Virus record (IMG/VR): IMGVR_UViG_2526164662_000036
From: a virus
Lineage: Duplodnaviria; Heunggongvirae; Uroviricota; Caudoviricetes
Reading direction: 5' to 3' (one strand)
Length of the DNA: 30,682 nucleotides
The notes below the pieces were generated by a model, which was not told where the DNA came from, ran no database searches, and saw only the letters and a list, made by a program, of their open reading frames with translations. Shown here piece by piece: positions 20,488-30,119 of the stretch; the first letter of the stretch is position 1; each line of letters opens with the position of its first letter. A program made the position numbers and the translations under genes.

Positions 20488-20901
20488 TTAATTCGTGTAC
20501 GTGATCTGGTACGTGATTTCCGCCATCGCCCAGGTGGCCATCTCATTATCACGTTGATAGTTAAAACCGAGTGGGATCAGGGTGTCGATGAGTCCGGAAA
20601 GTGCTGGTACATCATTCAGGGCCGGGAAAATGGTGCTCTCCATCCACATATCCAGCTCTGAATCCGGTGCCTGTGCCCGGATGAAGACAGCAATATGCAG
20701 AACAGCCTGCCAGTCATCTTCATCCGTCATTTTTCCGGTGTACTGAGCATCACTCAGCCACACCGCCACGGCAGGCAGTTCCTGCGCATCAACAAATGCC
20801 GGAAGCCCGTCAAAAAACGTGGCGCTGTCTCCACACTGTTCCCGAAGGCGTGCCAGTACGACCTGGCGGATTTGTGTATGTCGGTTCATCGGGTCAGCCA
20901 T
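20488..20901 (-). CDS. U: tail terminator protein U
   Basis: 137 aa; motifs ATFFDG..PAVAV...AEYTG...LH.EVF..AQ.PDSELD.WMES shared with lambda gpU. Confidence 0.85.
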   Translation of the reverse strand: MADPMNRHTQIRQVVLARLREQCGDSATFFDGLPAFVDAQELPAVAVWLSDAQYTGKMTDEDDWQAVLHIAVFIRAQAPDSELDMWMESTIFPALNDVPALSGLIDTLIPLGFNYQRDNEMATWAMAEITYQITYTN

Positions 20902-21464
20902 AACCTCAGTTGTTGTTTCAGTGCATACCCCAGCTGTTTCGGCATTTCCGCAGCAATGATGCGGTCGCGGGCATCTTCAAATGCCTGTGTCAGCGGTCCG
21001 GACAGCGGGATTTTCACCACATCAATGGGGTAACGATTTTTGCCATCAATACGCCGCATCACATGCCAGCGACCATTCGCCAGTTGCTGAATAAACGCAT
21101 CCCGGAAAAGATATTTACCCACCTTCAGCACACTGCCACGGTACTGCAGTTTTCCACCACGCCGGGCCAGTCTGACCCGGGCTGTCCCCAGCTTAATGGC
21201 AGGCAGATTGCCCCGGTTAACGCGGATCCTGGCCGTCATTTTTCCTGACGGACTGGCTTTAAACACCCGGACACGCTGACGTACCAGTTTCAGGGGGATC
21301 CCTTTCACCTGGTTATCTCCCGCAACGGTATTCCCGGCAACCTGCCGGGTGGCAACCGAGACCGCTTTCTGTGCCACACGGTTTATCGCCCATGCGCTGG
21401 CCTGTGGCACCATACGGGTATCAAGGCTGTTCAGATTGCGGATGGCATTCTCAAGCCCCTTCAT
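20886..21464 (-). CDS. Z: tail completion protein Z
   Basis: 192 aa, the lambda gpZ length, at the position upstream of U. Confidence 0.8.
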   Translation of the reverse strand: MKGLENAIRNLNSLDTRMVPQASAWAINRVAQKAVSVATRQVAGNTVAGDNQVKGIPLKLVRQRVRVFKASPSGKMTARIRVNRGNLPAIKLGTARVRLARRGGKLQYRGSVLKVGKYLFRDAFIQQLANGRWHVMRRIDGKNRYPIDVVKIPLSGPLTQAFEDARDRIIAAEMPKQLGYALKQQLRLWLTR

Positions 21465-21475
21465 CCCACACCTCT

Positions 21476-21751
21476 TTACTCAATAAAGATCATTGGCTTA
21501 CCGTTAAAGCGTTCATGCCGTGTGACCGTCCATTGTTGTCCGTCATAAACAACGCGATCCCCGCGCCGTGGGCGGTATCCCGAAGAAAACACCACCAGAG
21601 AGACCGCAGGTCCGGACAGAGCATTCAGCTCTGCCAGTGTTTCTCCCGGGATCACAGTCATATCGACATCATTAATCGAGGCTGTCTTTCCCATCTTTCT
21701 GACCGTGATAGCATCCATACGCGCTGCCAGCCGGGAAAAGGGATCAGACAT
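21476..21751 (-). CDS. head-tail joining protein (FII-like position)
   Basis: 91-aa ORF between the head proteins and Z; assigned from synteny only. Confidence 0.45.
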   Translation of the reverse strand: MSDPFSRLAARMDAITVRKMGKTASINDVDMTVIPGETLAELNALSGPAVSLVVFSSGYRPRRGDRVVYDGQQWTVTRHERFNGKPMIFIE

Positions 21752-22067
21752 TGAGTTTTACCGGCACTTCTTCTGCACTGGTTCCGGCATCTGCCCAGAC
21801 AACCCCGACCAGCGGATCAGAGCCGCTGTTAGTCAGCTGAACTTTTCCGGACTTCAGATAAACCTTCTTACCCGTTTTCATGTCATCCGTTTTCAGCTTA
21901 GGCAGCATAAACACACCTTCGGTCATGCCGTCGCCTGTTTCACCCTGTGGAATATCGGTCAGCGCCACCGCAAAAACATCGCCCACCTGCACCAGATCTC
22001 CGCTGCTGATGGCTGCACTGGCAACAATCGCCACCGTTTTTCCTTCTTCTACAAAATTCTTTGCCAT
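21744..22067 (-). CDS. small head protein (DUF2190-like; possible decoration or head-stabilisation protein)
   Basis: ATG at 22067 with a GGAG Shine-Dalgarno 7 nt upstream (MAKNFVEEGKTVAIV...); directly downstream of the capsid gene; the track ORF extends to 22112. Confidence 0.55.
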   Translation of the reverse strand: MAKNFVEEGKTVAIVASAAISSGDLVQVGDVFAVALTDIPQGETGDGMTEGVFMLPKLKTDDMKTGKKVYLKSGKVQLTNSGSDPLVGVVWADAGTSAEEVPVKLNV

Positions 22068-22107
22068 AACTGTCTCCGCACAGCCCCGTTCAGGGGCTGA
22101 TTTCAGG

Positions 22108-22131
22108 TACAAAAAAAGCCCTTACGGGCCA
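22108..22131 (-). terminator. candidate attenuator/terminator downstream of the capsid gene
   Basis: Short GC hairpin GCCC-TTAC-GGGC followed on the minus strand by U7 (plus-strand A7 at 22111-22117); a second 7-bp hairpin CAGCCCC/GGGGCTG lies at 22081-22099. Confidence 0.45.
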
Positions 22132-22153
22132 TCAGAGTTGTTGTCTGCGACGT

Positions 22154-24112
22154 TTACGCCGTACATTTCACCAGACCGCGGTGATCAACTGGCGCGACAC
22201 CGGCGTCAATACGCACTTTCGTTGTCACGCCATCCACACTGAAGCCCTCCATCTGATCAATATATGGCGTATCCACACCGTTGAGATAAGCCACTTCAAT
22301 CGTATCGGAGCCTTTTGACGCAGCCAGGTAGAAGGTGGTCTGGCTGTTATCATCAAGACGAGGCTCTGCAATAACGGTCGCAAAATCTTTCACCGGGTTA
22401 ATAATACCGGCGTTAATGTCAGCCCCCTTGACACTTGAGGAGCGAATGACCTGGTTAGCAACAGACTCCATCGCCGTCGGTACCAGTACGAACGCAGGAC
22501 GAATATTCAGATGACGCTCCCCCTCTTTCTGAACGCGCATCACCTGGCGGGCTTTATCCAGCGATGCCACGTCCATTGCAGCGCTCTCCAGTACGTTTGC
22601 ATGTTTCGCTTTATCGAACAGACTTACATTATCTGTGGAGATTTTCGGGTTAGACGTCAGAATGGCATAAACCAGATCGGCAATAGTGGATTTCGCCGCA
22701 CGGCCCAGTTTCATCGGGACATCGGTCAGCATATTCAGATCATCATTGATAATGGCCTGACGGGTGATACTGAACAGCTCGCCATAGGTCGCCAGTGCAA
22801 TAGTGGCCTGTTTATCTCCGGTGGTGACGTATTTATATTCCGCCCCTTCACGCACCTGACGCAGAGCACTGAAGCCCCCCATACCCACACGATGGGCAAT
22901 TTTAAAATCAGACAACTGACCTTTCCGCGTCCACTGTTCATAGGTTTCAGGGGCATCTTCCCAGCCCTGCAGAATGGCTTTGTTCGCAACATCCAGCAGA
23001 ATATTACCGAAGTCAGACGTACTGTGTGTGAACGCCGCACCGACCATCTGCATCGGGTTATAACCGGAAACCCCAATACCCCGTTCAGTTAGTGACATAC
23101 GGGCATATTCACGCAGGGTCATCCCGTTGTAGACATTATCACGTTCGGTTTTTTCAAATCCGGCACGCGCCATCAGCGCCTGGCGAATCCCGTCCCCCAC
23201 AAAATTACCGTTACCGGCATAAATATGAGCCGGGGTATTTTTATTGGATGGCGTGGACTCGCGCCCCATCTCGTTCAACAGCTTTTCACGGGCCTGCTCC
23301 AGCGAACATTCAGGATCGGCAAGACACTGAGCCTGCAGCGTCTGATAACGCCCGCCAAACATGGCAAACAGATCATTAATACCGTTTACACGCGCTTTTT
23401 GCTCTGCCAGTACCTGCGCACGGATGCTGTTTTCATCCACCACGGGTGCTGCTGCCTGCACTGGCGTCCAGGAGGCTTCAGATTCATTATCCTGTACGCG
23501 TGGAGCACTGTTGCGTGGCGGAGTAATCATGTTTCGAATGGATTCCGGCATCTTTTTAAATTCCTCTGTACGTTTTGACTGAATACATGCCATTGCCTTA
23601 ACGGCTGGCGTTACCTGATCAGCAAATCCATGTGCCAGACATTCGGCACCGGACATCCAGGTCTCATCCGCCAGCATGGCAGCAATTTCATCGGTGGTTT
23701 TCCCGGTTTTCTGTGCATAAGCGGGTAACAGAACCGCCTCAACTTTATCGAGCAGGTCGGCATAGGTGCGCATGTCCTCCGCATCACCGCCCGTAAAGCC
23801 AAATGGTTTATGAATCATCATGAAGGTGTTTTCCGGCATAATGACCGGGTTTCCTACCATCGCAATGACCGACGCCATTGACGCCGCCACACCGTCGACA
23901 TAAACGGTAATGGACGCACCATGTGTTTTCAGCGCATTAAAAATGGCGATGCCTTCAAAGACATCGCCACCCGGTGAATTAATATGGAGATTAATGTGGG
24001 TGATATCGCCCAGTGCATTCAGATCACTGATAAACTGCTTCGCTGTAACACCCCAGAAACCAATCTCGTCATAAATATAAATATCCGCGTCACTCTGGTG
24101 ACCAGCCTGCAT
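22154..24112 (-). CDS. prohead protease (ClpP/S14-like) fused to scaffold/major capsid protein
   Basis: About 652 aa from the ATG at 24112, 13 nt downstream of the portal stop; N-terminal ClpP-like region (IYIYDEIGFWG...INSPGGDVFEG...), long C-terminal region consistent with an HK97-fold capsid; the track ORF reads on to 24373 through the portal 3' end. Confidence 0.7.
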   Translation of the reverse strand: MQAGHQSDADIYIYDEIGFWGVTAKQFISDLNALGDITHINLHINSPGGDVFEGIAIFNALKTHGASITVYVDGVAASMASVIAMVGNPVIMPENTFMMIHKPFGFTGGDAEDMRTYADLLDKVEAVLLPAYAQKTGKTTDEIAAMLADETWMSGAECLAHGFADQVTPAVKAMACIQSKRTEEFKKMPESIRNMITPPRNSAPRVQDNESEASWTPVQAAAPVVDENSIRAQVLAEQKARVNGINDLFAMFGGRYQTLQAQCLADPECSLEQAREKLLNEMGRESTPSNKNTPAHIYAGNGNFVGDGIRQALMARAGFEKTERDNVYNGMTLREYARMSLTERGIGVSGYNPMQMVGAAFTHSTSDFGNILLDVANKAILQGWEDAPETYEQWTRKGQLSDFKIAHRVGMGGFSALRQVREGAEYKYVTTGDKQATIALATYGELFSITRQAIINDDLNMLTDVPMKLGRAAKSTIADLVYAILTSNPKISTDNVSLFDKAKHANVLESAAMDVASLDKARQVMRVQKEGERHLNIRPAFVLVPTAMESVANQVIRSSSVKGADINAGIINPVKDFATVIAEPRLDDNSQTTFYLAASKGSDTIEVAYLNGVDTPYIDQMEGFSVDGVTTKVRIDAGVAPVDHRGLVKCTA

Positions 24113-24125
24113 CCTGAACCAGGAA

Positions 24126-25634
24126 TTATTCTTCGGACTGGTCGTCGGTGTGCTGCGGCTCCTGTCGTTTCGTTGCGGCACTACTGCCTCCTTTATCACT
24201 GGCCGGATCGGTATCAAATACCAGATCCAGCTTGCGGTTTTCATCAATTTCGGCCTTGCGCCGACGTTTGACATCATCCGGATTACGACCACCAGCACGT
24301 ACCCAGTCTGATTCTGTCGCCGCTCCACCACGAATCTGGATTTTCCAGGCCTCAGCCTCCTTAACAGGGTCAATCCACGGCATCACTGGTCCGGAATACA
24401 CCGCGGTATACAGTGAAGAACGGTCAAGATCGCGGGGTAGCCTGATAACACCGGATGCCACAGCCTGTTTCAGCCATGCACGATACATCGGGCGGGTGAC
24501 GGCACCAATAAACCAGTCCTGCAGGATCAGGTAGCCATCAGTGGATTCAACCAGCTCCTGACGCTGGGCGCTGTAAGTGCCGTTATAGTTGCGCGCTGTA
24601 CTGGAAAAACTCAGACGACTGCCCGCCGCCACGGCACGCAACTGACCATTACGAAAAGTTTCAAGGTTAGGATTGGGGCGATCCGACTTCACCATTCCGA
24701 TTTCTTCGCCGGGTTTCAGATCGTCGTAAATAATGCCCGGCTGAATGGTAAGCTCACGTTCATTCTCCTTTCTGCCATTACCATCCGGTTCATAGCTCTG
24801 CCCGTCGCCTTTCCGGATGTACATCCCCAGAGCAGCGGCGATCCTTGCTGCAGTCAGCTCAGAATCTTCATATTCTTTCAGGGCACTGAGGCGGATCAGC
24901 ACACCGGACAACAAAGACGTCCCGCGCATCTGGTGCAGACGGCGAACAAATTTAAGATGCAGCATTCGCTCTGCATCCACTTCTTTGGTTTCCATCTGCC
25001 GTCCGGATACGGGACGGCTTTTATACACCAGATATTTTTCGGGACGCCCCCAGTCATCAACAAACACGCCCTGATTCAGCCTGTTGCTCTCATCACTAGT
25101 CATGGGAATAAAGTCCGGCTCGAGCGCCTCCAGCCAGAAATGAACACCGGCAGAAGGCGCCAGGCTGTTTATGCGCCCGGAAACCATCTGGGCAAACACC
25201 TCACCATCGCGCAGCCAGGTACGAAGCATCAGACGTTCCAGCATCGGACGGGTAAACTGCCCGGTGACTTCCGGGCTGACAGACCATTCACTCCATCGGG
25301 TGCGAATCTCCGCAGCCAGGTCACGGGCAATGGCCCCATTGCGTAATACCGGATGTGGCTCGACAATAATCCCGTTTTTCCCCACCACCCGTTCTTCCAG
25401 CTTGTCAAATACACCAATAACCAGATCGTGGTTGTTATCAAGGTAACGGGCCTGCTCACGTAACGACACGGCCCCGTACTGGCTTAACTGGTCGGCAGTT
25501 CGGTTCTCCCGTCGGGCTTTGTGTGTCCGCGTCGTTTTTACGGCCTCATAAGCCTGGATCACCGCACGGGAACGCAGCCTTGCCACTTTCCATCCTGGTG
25601 AAAAAACGCCAATCACATCATCAAGAATTGCCAT
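24126..25634 (-). CDS. B: portal protein (lambda gpB-like)
   Basis: 503 aa from the ATG at 25634, which overlaps the W stop (ATGA); position and size as lambda B. Confidence 0.85.
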   Translation of the reverse strand: MAILDDVIGVFSPGWKVARLRSRAVIQAYEAVKTTRTHKARRENRTADQLSQYGAVSLREQARYLDNNHDLVIGVFDKLEERVVGKNGIIVEPHPVLRNGAIARDLAAEIRTRWSEWSVSPEVTGQFTRPMLERLMLRTWLRDGEVFAQMVSGRINSLAPSAGVHFWLEALEPDFIPMTSDESNRLNQGVFVDDWGRPEKYLVYKSRPVSGRQMETKEVDAERMLHLKFVRRLHQMRGTSLLSGVLIRLSALKEYEDSELTAARIAAALGMYIRKGDGQSYEPDGNGRKENERELTIQPGIIYDDLKPGEEIGMVKSDRPNPNLETFRNGQLRAVAAGSRLSFSSTARNYNGTYSAQRQELVESTDGYLILQDWFIGAVTRPMYRAWLKQAVASGVIRLPRDLDRSSLYTAVYSGPVMPWIDPVKEAEAWKIQIRGGAATESDWVRAGGRNPDDVKRRRKAEIDENRKLDLVFDTDPASDKGGSSAATKRQEPQHTDDQSEE

Positions 25635-25852
25635 CAGAACCTCGCCAGCCGGTACCCGGGATGCCCCCGTCGTCGTGTAATCAGAGCCGCAAGGCGGCGC
25701 TCCCACTCCTGCCGTCCCTGCCGGATCTCAGATAAGTTTTCCATGGTCATCTGCTGACCATTAAAGGTGACGGATTTTCCGTCCAGCACCGCCATTTCAG
25801 CTTCCGTATAACGCTGAATCATGGCTTCGATATCATTCTGGTTCATAACCAT
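25634..25852 (-). CDS. W: head-tail joining protein W-like
   Basis: 72 aa with a C-terminal ...RRRGHPGY motif resembling lambda gpW (...RRRGPAGFYV); between terminase and portal. Confidence 0.7.
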   Translation of the reverse strand: MVMNQNDIEAMIQRYTEAEMAVLDGKSVTFNGQQMTMENLSEIRQGRQEWERRLAALITRRRGHPGYRLARF

Positions 25853-27942
25853 CCTCCGGAAGTCAGCCAGGGGTTAACATCGTCAGTTACTGTTTTCTTC
25901 CGTTTTTGTTTTTTAACAGGCGTGGATACCGGTTCCGGTGAGGATGACGGTTCGGTACTGTCCTGGACACACTCCAGCCAGGTCTCCCGGCTCGCCCACT
26001 CCGGTGCATCCGGCCAGCGGATCTTTTCGTATCCATGCAGAATGACCAGAGCCTCGGCATACACCATCAGGTCAAAAGCTTCGTTGGCACCGCGACCCGG
26101 CTTACTCCATTTCCCGTCACTGCTCCGCTCTTCATACGTCAGTTCGTCGTAAAACCAGCTCCCCAGCCAGTCAGGGAAATGCACATAGCCTGGACCTGGC
26201 GAGTCACGCCATAACGCGTTATTCACCCGGTCTTTCAGGGCATCCGTCTGAAGAAGCCAGAGCGGCACATCACCTGCGGCCTGCGCCCGGCGGCCCGTTC
26301 GTCCGGTGTTATCAGGGAATGTACGGCTGATCAGTTTTGCGCGCCGGATGCTGTCACCCTTAAACAGGTAAATACGTTTACCAAGGCCATCACGACGGCA
26401 ACGACGCCAGAATTTATAGGCATTATCAGTGACCCCGTCTTCACCGCCGGAGTCCACCGCCATTGCCATCAGTCGCATTTGTTGAGAAGGATCGGAGGCC
26501 AGCGGCCAGCTTTTATGAAAAACATCCGTCAGCAGGACATCCCAGTCTTCCGGATAGCTGGCCGGATCAATTCGCTGGCTCTCCCCGTCGCAGTCACTGC
26601 GCAATGACTGCGTGATGTTGTAACGATCAATAATCCAGCGTTCGCCACGACTGCCATAGCCCGTTACCTGAACCACAAAACGGCGATGACGTCCCGCCTG
26701 CACATCCACTGTCGCCACAAGGAAATTAACGCCATCCGGCACACTGCGGGAAGGAACTGGCTCTGCCCGCTGCTCAAGCAGTTCACTTTTTCGTTGCTCC
26801 ATGCTGGCACGAGGAAGATAAGGCAATCCCCAGTCGGTGTTGATAACCGCCCTGAGTGTTTCTTCGCTTCCTGTCGCTTCATACTCCTGTTCTGCAGTCA
26901 GTAATTTGTAAACCAGTTGCGCCCAGGTCTGATACGCAGCAGCTGGCCCTTCCATCCAGAAACTGGCGATACGGGAGCGGCGCGGTTCACCGGAAACGTT
27001 GCCGTTACGATCAATGACCTGACCTTCACGCAACCAGACTCCTGCACTATTGAGCTCACGCTTTTTCTCCGCAGTGATAATGCCGCTGCAGTGCGGGCAA
27101 AGTAGATACGCCGCCTCACTGGCTTTAAAGGGATCCGGTTCATTACGGTAGCCGGTCATGGCATCCATGGCTGGCTGAAAATATTCACCGCAGTGCGGAC
27201 ATGACCAGTACCAGCGGCGGCGGTCACCACGATTGTAAAGGGAAAGAATACCAGTCGTCGGTGGCGCTTCATGAGGCGACTTACGTCGCCATTTGCTGTC
27301 GCAGATGTCACGTCCCGGCGAGCTCTCCACCAGAGTCATCCCAGCGGACATAAATGTGGTGGTACGTTTTGAGGCCAGGGAGAAACCATCACCCTCGCTG
27401 TCGATATTCTCCGGAAAACGGTCGTAATCGGTTAAGGCGACAAACCGGTAATCCGACGACGACATAATGTTGACCGAGGGCCAACCAATTTTAAGGAACG
27501 AGCCATCTCTGAACGTCTTATCATGGACATTATTGTCGTTACGACGTGGACTCATTCTTTTCTTTACCGCCGCACTGCTTCTGAACGTTCTGTCGAGGCG
27601 CTTTTTAGAATGCTCGCGGGCCTTATCTTCGGTCATCTGCACAACGAGCATGTCCGAAGGATCGCAAACGATGGTATAGACAATCCATCCATCGATCAGA
27701 CCAATGGTCTTCCCTGTTCGCGCAGGACCAACAAAAATCACCGCATCGTATTCACGCGATGCCAGGCAGTTCATGGGCTCAATGATGTAGGGTGTCAGTT
27801 CAGGATCCCATGGCACCGAGTTACCAGCCCCCTTGGGAACACGCATGAATTTTTTAACAGCCTCCGAAATCGGCATGCGACGTGGTGGGGAAAATCCTGC
27901 CGATATGTCCCTTCCCAAATTTCGGGCTGATGAAAAACCCAT
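25843..27942 (-). CDS. A: terminase large subunit (lambda gpA-like)
   Basis: 699 aa; ATG at 27942 with an AGGAGG Shine-Dalgarno; Walker-A-like GPARTGKT; size and position as lambda A. Confidence 0.9.
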   Translation of the reverse strand: MGFSSARNLGRDISAGFSPPRRMPISEAVKKFMRVPKGAGNSVPWDPELTPYIIEPMNCLASREYDAVIFVGPARTGKTIGLIDGWIVYTIVCDPSDMLVVQMTEDKAREHSKKRLDRTFRSSAAVKKRMSPRRNDNNVHDKTFRDGSFLKIGWPSVNIMSSSDYRFVALTDYDRFPENIDSEGDGFSLASKRTTTFMSAGMTLVESSPGRDICDSKWRRKSPHEAPPTTGILSLYNRGDRRRWYWSCPHCGEYFQPAMDAMTGYRNEPDPFKASEAAYLLCPHCSGIITAEKKRELNSAGVWLREGQVIDRNGNVSGEPRRSRIASFWMEGPAAAYQTWAQLVYKLLTAEQEYEATGSEETLRAVINTDWGLPYLPRASMEQRKSELLEQRAEPVPSRSVPDGVNFLVATVDVQAGRHRRFVVQVTGYGSRGERWIIDRYNITQSLRSDCDGESQRIDPASYPEDWDVLLTDVFHKSWPLASDPSQQMRLMAMAVDSGGEDGVTDNAYKFWRRCRRDGLGKRIYLFKGDSIRRAKLISRTFPDNTGRTGRRAQAAGDVPLWLLQTDALKDRVNNALWRDSPGPGYVHFPDWLGSWFYDELTYEERSSDGKWSKPGRGANEAFDLMVYAEALVILHGYEKIRWPDAPEWASRETWLECVQDSTEPSSSPEPVSTPVKKQKRKKTVTDDVNPWLTSGGWL

Positions 27943-27950
27943 TATTCCTC

Positions 27951-28478
27951 CTAGAGACTCTCTCCTTCCTCATCAGGAATTAATTCAGCAGCACAAGCCT
28001 CGTAGGATTTTTCCTGAAGAGTGTATCGCAGGTCATCAATGGCCTGCTGTACAACGCCGACGGCCTGAGGAGTCAGGGCGCAATCGCGTTCAAGAACATC
28101 CGGAATTGTCTCCAGAACCTGGACGACAGCCTTTCTCATGGACGAATAGACGATGACTACTTCATCAACGGGGATGAGTTTTCGCTGCTCCTTTTCCAGC
28201 TTGATCCTTTCATTTTCAGATTGGTACCAGTCCTTTCTCTCTTTCGGCTCCATACGGGATGGATCATGAACAGAGTCTGCTGCCTCATGCTTCACACTAA
28301 ACAGGGCTGGCCCGACATGCTGCAGGGCGTAAACGGGGTTCCCCCTGACAGTCGCAGCCACAGGAGTGTTAGCCGCGAGGAGCCGTTTTTTTACTGTGTC
28401 CCGGTGAAGCCCAAAGGCCTCAGCGATTTTAAAAACACTCCAGTAATAAGCATCACCGATCCCGCTCACATTTGACAT
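27951..28478 (-). CDS. nu1: terminase small subunit (Nu1-like)
   Basis: 175 aa from the ATG at 28478 (GGAG Shine-Dalgarno 8 nt upstream); ends 8 nt before the large-subunit start; lies directly beside the cos-like site. Confidence 0.75.
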   Translation of the reverse strand: MSNVSGIGDAYYWSVFKIAEAFGLHRDTVKKRLLAANTPVAATVRGNPVYALQHVGPALFSVKHEAADSVHDPSRMEPKERKDWYQSENERIKLEKEQRKLIPVDEVVIVYSSMRKAVVQVLETIPDVLERDCALTPQAVGVVQQAIDDLRYTLQEKSYEACAAELIPDEEGESL

Positions 28479-28639
28479 AAGCAACTCCATCTGGCAGGTG
28501 AAAATCATGTTTATTTATATATTTCAATTAATTGCAAACTGGTCTAATGACAGGGAGAAAGAAATATTGTACAGGTGAAAAGAGAAATAACTTTTAATTA
28601 TCAATAAATTACCAAACATGCTGCCGCCGCCATGGAAAT

Positions 28640-28700
28640 GCAAAAACTAGCCTTTTTCCGCGACGCTCCCGCCCCGTGGCAGGGGCCCCCACCGGGAGGA
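28640..28700 (-). other. candidate cohesive-end site (cosN core at about 28659-28676) with adjacent cosB-like repeats toward the terminase gene
   Basis: Minus strand reads ...GGTCCTCCCGGTGGGGGCCCCTGCCACG GGGCGGGAGCGT CGCGGAAAAAGGC..., close to the lambda junction ...GGTCCTTTCCGGTGATCCGACAGGTTACG GGGCGGCGACCT CGCGGGTTTTCGC... as I recall it. Confidence 0.6.
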
Positions 28701-28703
28701 CCC

Positions 28704-28727
28704 GACAGCCTGACAGCCTGACAGCCG
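28704..28727. repeat. three tandem copies of the octamer GACAGCC(T/G) on the cosQ side of cos
   Basis: GACAGCCT GACAGCCT GACAGCCG at 28704-28727. Confidence 0.8.
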
Positions 28728-29050
28728 TGATGAGCATCTGATACAGCGCTTTACATAATGGCATAGGAATAATTCAGAAGGACATCACAGCATGCCCACA
28801 CAAATTAGTGTGAGTGTCCTGTTTCTTCCTACGCACAGGACTGACGAGCATGAGGGGAAAATATGCGAACCATAAATGCCTCATCTTCAGCAATGCAACC
28901 GGCATCCGAACAGGACGATATTGTAAATTCACCTAATTACGAGGACATTGCAGTAGTTGAATTGCAGCTCTGTATTAGCCTGACAGTGACAGAATGCGAT
29001 ATTGACTCTGTCACAGGTGAAATAGTTTGAATGATTAGCAGTTATGGTGC

Positions 29051-29257
29051 TCAGTCAACCACCAGGGAATAATCCTTCGAATTCTTATCGTGCTTCACCA
29101 ACGCTGCCTCAATTGCCCTGAATGCTTCCAGAGACACCTGATGTTCTATACATGCAATTACAACATCCGGGTAACTCATAGAAATGGTGCTATTAAGCAT
29201 ATTTTTTACACGAATCAGATCCAACGAGACTTCATCAGCAGATTGTTCTTTATTCAT
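29051..29257 (-). CDS. hypothetical small prophage protein (68 aa, mildly acidic)
   Basis: ORF with a GGAG motif about 9 nt upstream of the ATG; in K-12 Qin this position is occupied by ynfO, but I cannot confirm identity from sequence. Confidence 0.5.
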   Translation of the reverse strand: MNKEQSADEVSLDLIRVKNMLNSTISMSYPDVVIACIEHQVSLEAFRAIEAALVKHDKNSKDYSLVVD

Positions 29258-29557
29258 TTTGTCGCTCCATGCGTTTGCTCGTCATCTAGCGGTTAAAATA
29301 TTACTTCAAATCTTACTGCATAAAAGAGGAAAAGTATGAAAGTTTGAGTACATCGACCTTACATACATCTGTCGGTTGCATATCCCTCCTGGATGCCAGC
29401 AAGGCTCAATTTTGTTACGCAATCAACACTATTCATTAAAAACAGGCTTAATATTTGACATAAATCATCAACAAAACACAAAGAGGTCAGACCAGATTGA
29501 AACAATAAACACGATAATGCTAACTACGCGCCATCGTATCACATGGAAGGTTTACCA

Positions 29558-29968
29558 ATGGCTCAGGCTGCCATTTTTAAAGAAATATTCGATCAAGTGC
29601 GTAAAGATTTAAACTGTGAATTATTTTATTCTGAGCTAAAACGTCACAATGTCTCACTTTATATTTACTATTTAGCCACAGATAATATTCACATTGTGTT
29701 AGAAAACGACAACATAGTGTTAGTAAAAGGACTCAAAAAGGTTGTAAATGTTAAATTCTCCAGAAACAAACATCTTATAGAGACCTCCTATAATAAGTTG
29801 AAATCAAAAGAAATCACATTTCAACAATACAGGGAAAATCTTGCTAAAGCAGGAGTTTTCCGATGGGTTACAAATATCCAGGAACACCAAAGATATTACT
29901 ATGCCTTTGATAACTCATTACTATTTACTGAAAGCATCCAGAAAACTACACAGATCTTACCACGCTAA
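29558..29968 (+). CDS. ydfO: YdfO/YbcV-family (DUF1398) prophage protein
   Basis: 136 aa from the ATG at 29558 ([19 protein letters not shown]...); GGAAGG about 8 nt upstream; the track ORF starts 5 codons earlier at 29543. Confidence 0.65.
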   Translation: MAQAAIFKEIFDQVRKDLNCELFYSELKRHNVSLYIYYLATDNIHIVLENDNIVLVKGLKKVVNVKFSRNKHLIETSYNKLKSKEITFQQYRENLAKAGVFRWVTNIQEHQRYYYAFDNSLLFTESIQKTTQILPR

Positions 29969-30119
29969 ACCATAACGTCCGGCTTCTCTCACTCCTGAGC
30001 CGGACTGCATTGGTTTAATAAAAACCATCAACAATTGTGATTTAGATATTCGGAACCATTCAAATATAACAAAACCCCGAAAAAACGAGGTTTATGGATA
30101 AATTTTATTATTGAATACA

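Noticed and set aside
29455-29518. TTGACA and GATAAT hexamers upstream of the ydfO-like gene as a sigma-70 promoter
   Set aside because: The two perfect hexamers are 52 bp apart, and the nearer TTGAAA is only 10 bp from GATAAT; no pair has 16-18 bp spacing, so I do not call a promoter.
29376-29612. 78-aa plus-strand ORF overlapping the ydfO-like start
   Set aside because: Out of frame with and overlapping the better-supported ydfO-like gene; no ribosome-binding site; Lys/Ile-rich AT-driven frame.
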